Below, piece by piece: positions 27,820 through 39,800 of a stretch of 64,000 nucleotides of DNA (positions within the stretch are counted from its first letter, which is position 1; each line of letters starts with the position of its first letter). Below the pieces are notes generated by a model. It did no database searches, was not told the DNA's origin, and was given only the letters and a program-made list of their open reading frames with translations. The position numbers and the translations under genes were made by a program. Location of the stretch: sequence record MW812343.1; one strand, 5' to 3'.

Positions 27820-30800
27820 TTAGCCCGTCTTACGTGAGACGTTCAGACTTGGGGCTGGTTGAGTGTATGTCTGGGATGCTTTCGCAGGCGCAGGACTCGT
27901 TGAGCCAGATGGCCCCATCGGTGCCCCGTTCTGCATCAGTTTCCGCATGTCTTCCAGAATCTGTTTGATGTCTTTCGTGACTTGCAGTTGCTGATCCGCA
28001 ACCGTGGCGTTAGAGAAACCGCCAGCGGATGGTGAAACATCCGACGCGACCGACACAGGAGTCGCATTGGCTTGTCCTGTCCGTTGTGCGGCACCCGATT
28101 TCACTTTCTCCACATCCTTCGGCGAAAGTCCATCGGCGGCAGCTTGCTTCGCTACCTCGTCGGCAACGTTTGACATATCGGAACTGCTCGACGCTGTACC
28201 TCCCGGCATAGCAGGCCCGCTTGACATGGAGGCGACGGCGCTGTCCGCAGCCATTGCCCCTTTCGTCTCCAAGGCCCCATCACGACGGTTCTCGTTATCG
28301 GCAGGCAGGTTTTGACCACCTCCCGCTGCGGTACCCGACATGGATGGATCGTTTGCAGCAGCTCCCGCAGCAGCCGCAGGGCTTGATGAAGATGGTGCAT
28401 CAGGAGACAATCCACTGATAGCTTGTTTTGTCTTCGATGGATCACTCTCCACCTCGTTTGCGGTCACTGACCCCATACGGCCATTCAGTTCACGAATGAC
28501 CTCATCCAGTGTGCGAAGTCTTCCTTGTTTGGTATAAAACACACTCTTGTTACCGGCCAACACTTTCTGCGTTACAGGCGGTGCGGCGGTAGCTGGTGCA
28601 TTCGGGTTCTTCGCCCATGCTTGCATGAACTGACGACCTCCACCTGGACCTAAGAAGTGGTAAAGGTAGGCCACCGCAGGCGGTGGTGCCTTCCCACCCA
28701 AGTCCTTCTGCGCTTTCATGATGTTATCACGAATGAACTGAACGCCCAGAATGGTGTTAGCGTGTGGGTCGAATTGCCCCCCGGCACTGGCCATTAACTG
28801 GCCAGGTATACCAAATTGTCGTCCATACTGCCCCAACTGGGAATCCCATGTGGAGTTGATGAACTGGAAGAGACCAGCGGCAGAAGCATACGGGTTTTTC
28901 GCCTTGTAGTTAAACTTCGACTCGGCGTACGCCATCCCCAATGCCACACTTGGTGGCACACCCATCGATTTGGCGACATCAGAAATCATCTGCTTGATGC
29001 GCGCTTCACTGTTCAGTGAATTGATGGGGTATTTCTCTGCCAACTGTTTATAACTACCCGGTTCCACATCGCCGAGTTTAATCCCGACACTCCCTGTGGA
29101 GAACGCAGCATAGTTTCTCGCACCCCCCATCGCATCTACAGCTTGGTTAATATCGGTCGGTGTTCCCGTGAAGGTTCCCCCGCCGAATGCACCGGCTGCT
29201 TTTGCGGCCTTGTGGTCTTCCGCCGTAAACGACGTTGACTCACCTTCATCCTTGGATTGGTAGAAGCTGGTGTTGGTGTTTTTGTCTGCCCATTTCGCGC
29301 GTTTACCCATCGGCTTTTTGTCGTTGAGTAAATTACGCACCGCAAGGTCCGCTTCTTTCGAGAGCACCTTCAAGGTTTCCAGTTCTTTCGAAACCGAACT
29401 AGGGTCCATGTTAGGGTCTTGACCGAACGGGTTGATGGCCACTTCCCAGACAGACTGACGGACATCGGCTTTCATGTTGTAAGCGCGGCTGACTAACAGA
29501 CCCAACTCAAACAGATAACCGCCCGTCAGTTTCAGGTTCAGCGGATCGCCCGTCGGGACGAAGCGGTGATAGCCACATACGTAGAACATGAAGGTCGGCA
29601 GGAAACGACTGGTGAACCACAGGCGCAGTTTGTCTGCACGGTGTGGGTCTTTCCAACCTTGAGGTTCGATGACATCCATCGCCTCAGTCCATTTACCTTT
29701 ATACGTCGCATTTTTGATGTCGATGTTTGGCAACACAAACCGTTCCAGCATTTTCAGCTGGCCGACGATTGCCGGGTCAAGCTCTTTCAAACCGTACGTT
29801 TTGAAACGAATCGATTCGAGGGCATCCACATCTTTCTGATTCAAGACCGCAAAGTTATCGACCTGAATCTGAATCTGCTCCGTACCATCTTCCCACCCGT
29901 TTGGACGTGGGGCGTTCTCACGGGTTTCTTTGTCGTTGGCGGCCAGTGCGGTAAAGGCTTCCTTCACACCAGACTCTTCAATACCACGGGCTTCCATTGC
30001 GCCTTTGTTGAACTTCCTGTTCTTCTTGTCTTCCATACGGCGGTTAATGCCGCGCAGGACATCTTCCTGAATGTCCATGACGTCATCAGCATCGAGTAAG
30101 TCAGGTGAGGTAAAGGTCACCGCATCCTTGAACTTCTGCCACAAACTCCGGTCGACATTACGAGGGTCAGTCAGCGCACGCAGATGTGGGGCATCTTTGG
30201 TGAGCTGAACTTTGTTGAAGATAGACTTCATCTCGTCTTTGCTGACTTTGTTTGCGTTACCGACATCCGCTAATTGGATATCACGCTCCTGACTGTAGAG
30301 CGCAGACAACCAACGCAGATAAATCGGAATGAAGCGCTGGAGCATCATCGCTTGGAATGCGAGCATACCGGACTTGTCGTCCTCGGCCACACCGAACCCA
30401 ACGGCTAACTCCTGCACCTCTCTCGCGCCTAAACCGCGACAAGTGGCTTGTCCCGTTTCATTGAAGCTCACGTATTGCTTCAACTGCTTCTCAAGGTAGC
30501 GGGCTTTCGCACCGTCATCCGATGACCACTTATCGTAGTCTTGGAAACCGTACTGCGCCAGACGTAACGTGTCGAGGTATTCGGTGTAGGTTGTGGTGGC
30601 AATCTTAAACGCCGCCCATGTCAGCCCCGCCACCGCTGCCACACCCAGAATCACCGGCCAACCGACCGCAGTCACCACCGCGCCTGCTGCTGTCGCAACC
30701 GGCATGATGAGTCCACGCATCGCAGCCCCGCCCAACATACGTGCACCACCCTTCGCTAACCACCATGCACCCTGACCTAACAGTTTCGCTGGTTTCATGA

Positions 30801-33800
30801 TACCCCATTTTGCAATGGTGCCCATTACCGACGCTACCGTGCCCAGAATGCTGACCAACGGCCCGATGATCGGGATGGATTTGAACAGATCCATAATCCC
30901 TTTCACTTTCCCGCCTGAACGTCCGCCACCTGAGGCAGTAGCCCCTTCATGGTCAGTGCGCTTACGACGGAACCATTGGAGGTAGTCGCGTTTCTCACCC
31001 CCCTCTTTGAACTTCATGCGACGAGAGAACTTGGCGTACATGCCGCGGATAAACCCTTCTTGGGCACCGTTCTCTTCTAACGACGAGCGCATGGTGTTGA
31101 ACCAGTTAATTTCTTGCAGGTTCACCATTCGGTTCATGCGGTCTAAGAGTTTCGACCCGATAGACTGGGCTTTGCCTTTGGCCGCATTCAGCGCTTCTGC
31201 ACCCGCCTCACCGGCGGAGGCGATATCGTCGTGGATCGCATCTTTGAACTTGTTCCGGCTGAACTTGCCTTTGCGGTGTAAACGACTGCGGTAGAAATCA
31301 GCCGTCTCGTCATCACGTCCCGCTAAGCGACGTTCCACTTCGTACCGGGTACCGATGTCGTGTTCAGATTCACGCATGGAATCGCTGAAATTATTAAAGC
31401 GGTCACGAACCCCGCCAGCCCACCCCATGATACCATCGCGTTTGCCCCGGAACCAATCGGAAACAGACGCACGACCATTGCGGAACCGGCGACCCCAGCG
31501 ACGGTTCATACGGGCTTTGACACCCCGACCGAAACGTTGTGCGGATTTGAGTGCATCTTTCACACCCTTACCGCCCCCAATTCCTTTTTCCATTTCCTCA
31601 GTCCAACCTTCATCCTCTGGCTCCCCCGGCATACGGCGGTTCAAGAGTTTGTAGATACGGATAAGGATATGGTTGGTTTTCTTGCCAGTGGTGTTCAAGC
31701 CACCGAACAGGGAATTGTTGCTGAAGAAGTCTCCTCCCCCTTTCCCTTTAAACCAATTGGCGATAGGGTTGTTCGTCGCCAGATGTTTCAGTTTCCCCAT
31801 GCCCTTACGAAGCATATCGGGGATACCCATGATAAGGTTCTTACCACGCGACAGCAGCCCGCCCACACGGCCGATGATACGTTGGAGTGGTGATTTAACT
31901 TCACGTCCCCATTTGTCCACCAGTTTGAAGTCGGGATTCTGCATCTCTTCCGCCGTGATGATGTCATTACCAGCTTCGTCGATAATTGGCCCTGTGATAT
32001 CCTTCGCTTTGAATACCGGGGTCTTTGTCGCTTTCAGCAGGTATTTCCCTTGACGCATCAGCATGGCAGTCATGCGTGGAACCGTTTCCCCCTTCACGTA
32101 AATGTCAGGCGTTGTGGTGAACCATTCTTTAACCGACTTCACGCTAGGGGCCATGCGATCAAGTAGACGCTTCGGTGCACCAATCGCATTACGGATGAGA
32201 TTACCCGATTTGTGGGACATGGCTTTGAACAACGACTGGAGTTTCCCGCCTTTGTAGTAACTGAGTTTACCCGCTGCTGCTAAATCCGCCGCAGAGAGAA
32301 TCACGTTACCGGCGTTGTCAAGGATATCCATCCCCAACTTAATCTCGTCCAGCGTTTTCGGGTTGTGTAAGTGGTTGCCGTCTTCGCTTAACTGCCAGTA
32401 TTCACCAGCTTCTAAACGCTTGCCTTGCAACACCACCTTGCCACGTTCGTCGTAAACATCCCGGACGCCGAGCAAACCCTTCCCGAACTCTACCGCGGAA
32501 CCAAAGGCACCTGAAATACCGCCGGTCGCCAGCCCTTTGAGTTTGGAGAAAATTCCCGGACCGTCGCCCGCGGAGAACTTGCTTTTCGCCCAACTGCCGA
32601 ACTTACCTAAACGGTCTTTGGCACCCATGACACCACGTTTGGCCAGATTGAAACCACCGGAAGCCGTGTCGAACAGAATTCCACCCCAACGGCGTAACAG
32701 GCCGGATTCACCCAACACGATACGACGGCGGCGAGGTCCACCGCCGCGTGGGGTAGGGCCATCGCCGTCACCACCGCCTGTACCGGCACCGTCGGGGCCA
32801 CCACCTTCAAGTGATGCTAACAGAACACCCTGTTCATCCATGTTTTTGACATGTTTGAGGATGTCTTGTACGAAAGTGGTTACGTTCGTTGCGCGGATAG
32901 CCTCTATAAGCCTGTCAGTCTCTCCTGACGCGTTTTTACGGTCTTGGCCACCTAACAGGTCGACTAAGTTCGTCTCGGTCTCTCCGTAGAGCACACGCGC
33001 CATCTGACGGGCTGTGATTCCACCACCATAACGACCCTTATCACCACCCAACCCTTTCGCCGGATCACCGGCAGATAAGGTGTCTTCAACACCGCCCTCT
33101 TCACCAAACTTCCGACGAATATAATCGGCGGTTGCGGAACCGTTCTGGAGTTTGCGTTGCAACTCCTGTTCACGGGTGAGGGCACGACCGGAACGGGTTT
33201 TCCCCATCCGTGTGTCATTGAACATGGTGTACGGGTCGGTGAAGTCTTTATCCACGCCAAAGACATTGTTCTTCTTGTCGTAGTTAAAGATACCGGCATC
33301 ACGCAGGATACGTTCCCCGTAGATAGTCGCTGCTTGGTCTACCGCTTCCTGACGACGTTTGTAATGCACCTGCACCGAAGAGATACGATCGTGCAGTTCA
33401 TTCGACAGGCCCCAGTTTTCACCCGCTGTACCCGCAGCAACATGTTTCAGTGCATCCACCACCTTACGGGCGGTGTTTCCCCCCATGTAGCGGAACAGCT
33501 GAGACTGGTCTTTGATGATGGCATCCACATCCATGGACTTACCGGTCGCTGCACGCGACTCGATGTAATCAGCCAGTTGTTGGCGCTCTTTTGGTTCGAG
33601 CGTTTTCTTCTGGTCAATGAAGTCCACAACCCCGTTGATAGACTCTTGGGTTTTCTGACGACCTCTGTCATCTGCCAGACCTTTACGGACACGGTCAGCC
33701 AAGTCACGACGACTGGTGATACCGCGCGTGGTCATGTCGTATTCAACATCAGCGTGCTCGCCGTAGCCACGACGAATCGATTTGTTGATTTCGGACAGTA

Positions 33801-35202
33801 ATGCCGGTAAGGATTCGACAACAGTCAGATAGAACTTGCGGTCGAATTTCGCTGAACGGTTTAGGTTCTCAACGTTACGTTCGTCGAGGAAGACGTTTTC
33901 TCGTTTGAGTGGGTCAACGATGCCCAGCGTGTTCCCCATGCGGAACATATTCGCCAGAAATCCTTCGCGCTCTCCAGCGATGGCGGAGTTGGCTATCGAA
34001 CCATCTGTCGCACCACGGGCAAGGAACTTCGCCCGCTCAATCGCGGACATTGCCTGTGGGTTCTCTTCCAGATACGCTTTAGATTTCGCCTGCCCTTTCT
34101 CAACCAACGGCCCCAGCAGCTTTTTAGCCAGGAACTTGGTTGCCCAACCTGTTGCTTTGTCCCTGCCGTTTTTCTTACGAGCGTCAGGGGACAGTGATGA
34201 GCTGTCTTCCATGCCGAAGTCATCTTCGACACCCATCCCCATTAACGTTTCAAGAATCCCACGACCATCCGAGAAGGCACCGGAGATTTTCTTCGTCGCT
34301 TTCTGACGAATGCTATCCATGAACCCTTCGGCATAACGCAGGGGGTTCATCCAGTCTGCCGCTTGACGGCGTACGTGTGCCCAACGTACCTCAGAGAAGT
34401 CCTCTTTGGCGTAGTCAGGCAGTGCGGTGTTTTTGACAATCGCTTCGAGTGCCGGGGTATTACGGTCAAACTGGGTCTGGCTCAGTTTGGATAAATCTTG
34501 CAGTGCAAACAGTGTGCGGTATTGCAGCTCAAGCTGTTTACGTTCAACGTTCAACAACACACCGCGTGTTAAGGCAGCGGTAGAGTTGGTGTCACGGGCA
34601 ATGCTCAGTACAGCGTTGAGCATCGCATCGGACTTCATGTCCTTCACGCCATCACGAATACGATCTTCGGTGGCTTGCTGTTGTGCATCGCGTTGCTCTT
34701 GCGCGGTCATCGGGGCGTCGCCGCCACTACCCTGACCGTTAAAGACCTCCGCCATCATGCGGTCTAAACCAGCCTGCTCAGGGTCATAACGTCCACCCTG
34801 AATCTCGTCACTGCGTGCCCATTTATCTACACGACGCGTAATCGCATCGGGTAAATATTTCTTCATTGTTGGGCCAAGTTGACGGGCTTGGTTCTTAATT
34901 ACACGCTCAGTCTTGACCAGCTCGTCTTTGGTATGAGCGTAAACATCTTTTGCGACCGATTTGGCGTCCTGATAGCCTTTGTACGCATCGGTAGCAGAAT
35001 CGGGCATACCTTTTAAAATGACCTGGTCGCGTTTGCCTTCTGGCCAAATTGCTGACAGCGCGGAACGCTTAATCGTGCGACCGGTCTCCAAGATTGGGTT
35101 ACGTTTTTTGTCTTTGTTCCGAGGCGGCTCGTCAAAGTCATTCCAATCAAGATCAAGGTTGTCGAGATTAAAATCATCGACACCATTTTTCTTTTTTGCC
35201 AT
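27820..35202 (-). CDS. Giant tail protein (tape-measure-like) with C-terminal lytic transglycosylase domain (phiKZ gp181-like)
   Basis: 2460 aa from MAKKK; SLT motifs AYAESKFN, SAAGLFQFINSTW, YLYHFLGPGG; central hydrophobic segment; adjacent to vRNAP genes. Confidence 0.85.
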   Translation of the reverse strand: MAKKKNGVDDFNLDNLDLDWNDFDEPPRNKDKKRNPILETGRTIKRSALSAIWPEGKRDQVILKGMPDSATDAYKGYQDAKSVAKDVYAHTKDELVKTERVIKNQARQLGPTMKKYLPDAITRRVDKWARSDEIQGGRYDPEQAGLDRMMAEVFNGQGSGGDAPMTAQEQRDAQQQATEDRIRDGVKDMKSDAMLNAVLSIARDTNSTAALTRGVLLNVERKQLELQYRTLFALQDLSKLSQTQFDRNTPALEAIVKNTALPDYAKEDFSEVRWAHVRRQAADWMNPLRYAEGFMDSIRQKATKKISGAFSDGRGILETLMGMGVEDDFGMEDSSSLSPDARKKNGRDKATGWATKFLAKKLLGPLVEKGQAKSKAYLEENPQAMSAIERAKFLARGATDGSIANSAIAGEREGFLANMFRMGNTLGIVDPLKRENVFLDERNVENLNRSAKFDRKFYLTVVESLPALLSEINKSIRRGYGEHADVEYDMTTRGITSRRDLADRVRKGLADDRGRQKTQESINGVVDFIDQKKTLEPKERQQLADYIESRAATGKSMDVDAIIKDQSQLFRYMGGNTARKVVDALKHVAAGTAGENWGLSNELHDRISSVQVHYKRRQEAVDQAATIYGERILRDAGIFNYDKKNNVFGVDKDFTDPYTMFNDTRMGKTRSGRALTREQELQRKLQNGSATADYIRRKFGEEGGVEDTLSAGDPAKGLGGDKGRYGGGITARQMARVLYGETETNLVDLLGGQDRKNASGETDRLIEAIRATNVTTFVQDILKHVKNMDEQGVLLASLEGGGPDGAGTGGGDGDGPTPRGGGPRRRRIVLGESGLLRRWGGILFDTASGGFNLAKRGVMGAKDRLGKFGSWAKSKFSAGDGPGIFSKLKGLATGGISGAFGSAVEFGKGLLGVRDVYDERGKVVLQGKRLEAGEYWQLSEDGNHLHNPKTLDEIKLGMDILDNAGNVILSAADLAAAGKLSYYKGGKLQSLFKAMSHKSGNLIRNAIGAPKRLLDRMAPSVKSVKEWFTTTPDIYVKGETVPRMTAMLMRQGKYLLKATKTPVFKAKDITGPIIDEAGNDIITAEEMQNPDFKLVDKWGREVKSPLQRIIGRVGGLLSRGKNLIMGIPDMLRKGMGKLKHLATNNPIANWFKGKGGGDFFSNNSLFGGLNTTGKKTNHILIRIYKLLNRRMPGEPEDEGWTEEMEKGIGGGKGVKDALKSAQRFGRGVKARMNRRWGRRFRNGRASVSDWFRGKRDGIMGWAGGVRDRFNNFSDSMRESEHDIGTRYEVERRLAGRDDETADFYRSRLHRKGKFSRNKFKDAIHDDIASAGEAGAEALNAAKGKAQSIGSKLLDRMNRMVNLQEINWFNTMRSSLEENGAQEGFIRGMYAKFSRRMKFKEGGEKRDYLQWFRRKRTDHEGATASGGGRSGGKVKGIMDLFKSIPIIGPLVSILGTVASVMGTIAKWGIMKPAKLLGQGAWWLAKGGARMLGGAAMRGLIMPVATAAGAVVTAVGWPVILGVAAVAGLTWAAFKIATTTYTEYLDTLRLAQYGFQDYDKWSSDDGAKARYLEKQLKQYVSFNETGQATCRGLGAREVQELAVGFGVAEDDKSGMLAFQAMMLQRFIPIYLRWLSALYSQERDIQLADVGNANKVSKDEMKSIFNKVQLTKDAPHLRALTDPRNVDRSLWQKFKDAVTFTSPDLLDADDVMDIQEDVLRGINRRMEDKKNRKFNKGAMEARGIEESGVKEAFTALAANDKETRENAPRPNGWEDGTEQIQIQVDNFAVLNQKDVDALESIRFKTYGLKELDPAIVGQLKMLERFVLPNIDIKNATYKGKWTEAMDVIEPQGWKDPHRADKLRLWFTSRFLPTFMFYVCGYHRFVPTGDPLNLKLTGGYLFELGLLVSRAYNMKADVRQSVWEVAINPFGQDPNMDPSSVSKELETLKVLSKEADLAVRNLLNDKKPMGKRAKWADKNTNTSFYQSKDEGESTSFTAEDHKAAKAAGAFGGGTFTGTPTDINQAVDAMGGARNYAAFSTGSVGIKLGDVEPGSYKQLAEKYPINSLNSEARIKQMISDVAKSMGVPPSVALGMAYAESKFNYKAKNPYASAAGLFQFINSTWDSQLGQYGRQFGIPGQLMASAGGQFDPHANTILGVQFIRDNIMKAQKDLGGKAPPPAVAYLYHFLGPGGGRQFMQAWAKNPNAPATAAPPVTQKVLAGNKSVFYTKQGRLRTLDEVIRELNGRMGSVTANEVESDPSKTKQAISGLSPDAPSSSSPAAAAGAAANDPSMSGTAAGGGQNLPADNENRRDGALETKGAMAADSAVASMSSGPAMPGGTASSSSDMSNVADEVAKQAAADGLSPKDVEKVKSGAAQRTGQANATPVSVASDVSPSAGGFSNATVADQQLQVTKDIKQILEDMRKLMQNGAPMGPSGSTSPAPAKASQTYTQPAPSLNVSRKTG

Positions 35203-35231
35203 TGTATTTACTTCCAATTCAGGAGCTTAAC

Positions 35232-36845
35232 GTGAAGAAGCTAAACTGGGTTGACATTTACTTGTTAAACGTCAACAAGTCCCTGGTGTCTCAGCTAAGA
35301 CAAATTACTACTACCGACACGTTCCAGGGCATGACGAAAAACTTCCACCCGGAAGGACTTTACTCAACCGAAATATTCGGCCTGACAGGTAGCGAGCAAC
35401 GTGACGCAAGCTGGGCATACATCGATGTTAAATTAGACATCATTTCTCCAACGGTTTGCTTAGGACTGTTTGGTCTCAAGAAACTCTATGAGGACATTTG
35501 CGCAGGCAAACGTTTTGCGGTCTGGAATGAGAAAGAAAAAGATTTTGAACCGGCCCTGCCCAGTGATAAAGGCGCAGACACCGGTTATAATTTCTTCTTG
35601 TCCCACTACATGGAACTGGCCCCCGCCCGTAACGAATCGTTACGCCGTGATGACTCACTGGACTTCTTCTTTAAGTTTCGCGACGTCAGTCTCAGCCGCT
35701 TTGTGCTGGTACTGCCCGCAGGTCTGCGTGACCTGATTGTCCGCGAGGACGGTCGTGACCAAGAAGAAGAGATTGGGGGGATGTATCGCCGACTCATTTC
35801 GTTGGCGCGTGCAGTCCCTGACCGCAACGTCCGTACCGAATTGACTGACCCGGTTCGCTGGAAACTCCAGCAAGCGTACAACGACATCTGGATGTACTTC
35901 TTTAACATCCTCGATGGGAAAGGCGGCTTTGCACGACGCAAGGTCACCTCTCGTAAGTTGCAGAACGGCACACGTAACGTGTTGTCCTCGTTCTCGACCG
36001 GGTCGAAGGTCATGGGTCGTGAAGACCAAGTGCGTGCAACAGACACCCGTGTCGGTTTGTACCAAGGTTTGAAATCACTCTTGCCGGTGGCGCAGTATAA
36101 CATTCGCGAACGTTATCTGTCCCAAATCCGAGCAGGCGATGGCAACCTGTATGGTATCAACACCAAAACTCTCAAACGCGAACTCCTCGAAGTGCGCGGT
36201 AAGGTCTATGACCTGTTTACTACCGATGATGGTATTGAGAAGTTGATTAACCGACTGGAAGTGACTGAGGCGCGCCACCAACCGCTGATGATTGACAAAG
36301 ACCACTACGTTGCACTGATTTATCAGGACAACAAACACTTCAAAGTGTTCTTTGACATCGGCGACTTACCAGAAGCCTTCGACCGTAAAAACGTTCGGGG
36401 CATCAGTTTAGGTGAACTGCTATACCTGTCAGGGTATGACCTCTGGAATGACTACTTCATGTTCGTTACGCGCTATCCGATTATCGGGCGCGGTTCGACG
36501 TACTCCTCGACCATAAGATTGGAGACCACCATCTCTTCCCTCTATATCCATGAGCTGGAGGACGACTGGTTAACGCCCAAGAAGAAAGGGGCAATCTCCT
36601 TCCCCGACAACCGCGTTGCGACGTGGGTCGAATCTATGGCACCACACCCTTCACGACTGAAAGGGTTGAACGGGGACTACGACGGCGATATGGGTTCAGG
36701 CAACGTGCCGTTCTCAATTGAAGCATTAGAGGAAAACCGTCGTTGGGTTAACTCCAAGAACTATTGGTTCTCGACGGATGGCAGTTTTAAAGTACAGCCT
36801 ATAAATGACGTGATAGAACGGTCGATTAACGCGCTGTTATTGTAA
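35232..36845 (+). CDS. rpoC: Virion RNA polymerase beta' subunit, N-terminal/catalytic fragment (phiKZ gp180-like)
   Basis: GLYSTEIFG, LVLPAGLRD, DGKGGFAR, TRYP, catalytic GLNGDYDGD; RBS AGGAG before GTG 35232. Confidence 0.9.
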   Translation: MKKLNWVDIYLLNVNKSLVSQLRQITTTDTFQGMTKNFHPEGLYSTEIFGLTGSEQRDASWAYIDVKLDIISPTVCLGLFGLKKLYEDICAGKRFAVWNEKEKDFEPALPSDKGADTGYNFFLSHYMELAPARNESLRRDDSLDFFFKFRDVSLSRFVLVLPAGLRDLIVREDGRDQEEEIGGMYRRLISLARAVPDRNVRTELTDPVRWKLQQAYNDIWMYFFNILDGKGGFARRKVTSRKLQNGTRNVLSSFSTGSKVMGREDQVRATDTRVGLYQGLKSLLPVAQYNIRERYLSQIRAGDGNLYGINTKTLKRELLEVRGKVYDLFTTDDGIEKLINRLEVTEARHQPLMIDKDHYVALIYQDNKHFKVFFDIGDLPEAFDRKNVRGISLGELLYLSGYDLWNDYFMFVTRYPIIGRGSTYSSTIRLETTISSLYIHELEDDWLTPKKKGAISFPDNRVATWVESMAPHPSRLKGLNGDYDGDMGSGNVPFSIEALEENRRWVNSKNYWFSTDGSFKVQPINDVIERSINALLL

Positions 36846-36865
36846 CGTCTCTTTAAGGACTACCA

Positions 36866-39800
36866 ATGCTTCTCATTAAACAATTCAACCAGCGTTTCTC
36901 TGTGCGCCGCACGGATGAGTTCGGGAAACCGCGCATCATCCCGCTTGAGAAACTCCAGATCCCGCGTGGATCTGTTTTCCACACGGTCGACCTCGACCAA
37001 GTGGTACTGGCACCCCCGGTGACCACACCGTATTTCCAAGAACTGGAGAAGCCCGCACAGATTCGCCACCACTATCGTCTGCCGGAAGATGGGATTTCCG
37101 GTAAACCGATTCCGGTACCGGTACAAGGTCAGGAACGTCAGATTCTGGCTTACCACCGTGCGAACCGCCGCTTCCGTCGTCTGACCGATGACACCTTAGT
37201 ACGCCGCGACCCGAAAGTGCTGCTCATCGAGAACTATACGCCGATGCTGCCACACTACCGTTACCCTGACACCCTGCTGTCGTGGTACGACCGTCTGCGT
37301 AACATTCAGGTGTTGATGGCGAACCAGTTCAAGTACGATACTGCGGAGTATCTGCGTCAGAACTACATCATCGTCAACCTCGGCTCTACTTTACCGTCGT
37401 TTGATAAATTCAAGACCACCTACAACAACCGTATTAAGAACAAACTGGAACACTTCCAGTCTATCGAGCTGCTGTGGCTGCTTGACTTGTTCGGTTGGGC
37501 GCGCGGGGATCAGAAAGATACCCTGTTTGCTGGGATGGACATGACGCAACTTTCTCGCATGAACTTCATCTTCACCCACAACAGCGGCTTCACGTCGATG
37601 AACATGGGTGTGGTGGAGCGTATGCGTAAATCCGCCGGTGGACGTTTGACTGACGATGTCATGTCACGTCACTTCTACCGTACCTTGATTCAGGTGATGA
37701 CTACCCAACCGTCTGACAAATTCGAAACTGAGTTTGTCACACCGGAAGGCGAAGATCAGACTGTCATGCACGATGTCGAGAACGACGATATCGTTGAAGG
37801 GTCCGACGACATTACCGACGAAGATATCCACAATGACGAACCGGTTGTGAATGATGACGACGTGGACTTTGACACCAATGAAGACTTGGTGATTGAAGCC
37901 CCGAAAGAAGACATCAAACCGACCACCATCGTTGTTGAGAAAACCATTGATCACGCGGCAGTGATTAAGCAAGAAGTCGAGAAGTTAGCCGAGGCAGGAC
38001 GTGTCACTGCGAAAGCGTACAAGTTCCTGAACGAATCTAACCAACGCTTCAACCAATTGCCGAACCCGTACAACCCGAAAGAGACGTACGAGCAAGCGTT
38101 AACGTATTCGGTGAAAGACATTGAAGTCAAGCCGAAGAAAACGCTGGTTAAACCGCTGGTAACGACCGAAGACTGGACGCAGTCAACTGTTGATGCCATC
38201 GACAAGCAGTACAACAGCGTCGTGTTGCCGAAAGACATCCTGTCTGCTGTTGCGTCTTCCCAGCGTTTAGGGATGGCGATTCATGACCACAAAGTGGAGA
38301 AAGAAGTTTCCGTTACCGGGAATATCGAGCACCACACGGTACGTCTTCAACCAATCGGCGGGGAGCCAGTAACGGTCCGTTTCCAGACTCCTGCATTGAC
38401 CGAAGATGGAACGTGGATTGCGAATGGTACTGAATACACCATGCGCCGTCAACGTGTTGATTTACCGATTCGTAAAGTTGATTTCGACACGGTCGCTTTA
38501 ACCACTGCCTACGGTAAAAACTTTGTAAGGCGTAGCGATAAGGTTGCAAACGACTACGGTCGTTGGTTGACCAACGCGATTATCGTGCAGGCGGTTGACC
38601 CGAAAAACACCAGCGTCACCGATGCTAAATTGGCAAACGTGTTCGACCCGCTCAATACCCTACCGCGACAATACACCATGGTTGCGCGTCGTGTGTCGAG
38701 TTTCAACGCCATGGGTTATCAGTGGAACTTCGATTCGAAGAAACTCAATGAGTTCTTCGGCGAAGAGGGCGTGAAGAACCTGGAAGCGAAAGAACTGTTG
38801 CCAGTCGCGAAGATGCGTGGGAATAAGTTTATCGGGATGGATGAGAACTCGCAACTCTATAAAGTCGACGGTGACAAGATGGAACCGCAGGGTGACCTGG
38901 CCGACTTCTTAGGGGTGGATGCGTCGAAATCTCCACGCGAGATGACCGAGCTGTCACTGATGGGCACATCGTTGACGCTGGGCTTTATCTTCTCCTACTA
39001 CCTCGGGTTAACCGGGATGCTCAAACACTTCGGGATTCGTTACGAGGTGTTACCACCGGGCAACCGCATCGATAAAACGCTGTACGATTCTGTTATTCGT
39101 TTAGCAGACTCGAAGATTGTTGTGATTTGTGACAATGACAAACAACGGATGATTGTCAATGGTCTGGATAAGTATCTCAAACTCCTGACCACCTACACGG
39201 AATCGGAAGTCGATCGTGAAGACATTTACCTGAACCTGATTCGGGATGCAGATGGCCTGACACCACGGTACATCAATGAGCTTCGATTAATGCGGACCGC
39301 GTTCGTCGATGACATGCACGCTCGTATCCTCAGGAAGATGGGGGAACCGGAAACCTTTATCGGGTTGTTAGAACGCGCGAACGAAATGCTGCTGACTGAC
39401 TACACGAAACCGGAAATCAACGGCGATGAAATGATGTTCGTCGGCAACCAACGTATTGCGTATCACGTCTACACGGCGATGGTGCGGGCAATGCGTAACT
39501 ATCAAAACGCACCGGGCAGTAACCGTCGCTTTGAATTGAGTCAGGATATGGTGTGGGGCGCTATTAACTCTGACCCAAGTGTGCTACTGGCACCGGGTGC
39601 AAACCCAGTTCAGTGCACCAAAGAAAAAGACGTTGTTACCATGGGCGGGACAGGTGGTCGTAACCGTAAAACGATGGTGTACCATACGCGTGAGTTCCAG
39701 GAATCTGATCTGGGTATCGTGTCGGGTAACACAGTCGATAACGGGGACGTAGGTATTACTGCCTTCCTGACCAACAACCCACGCTTTGATACGGTTGACG

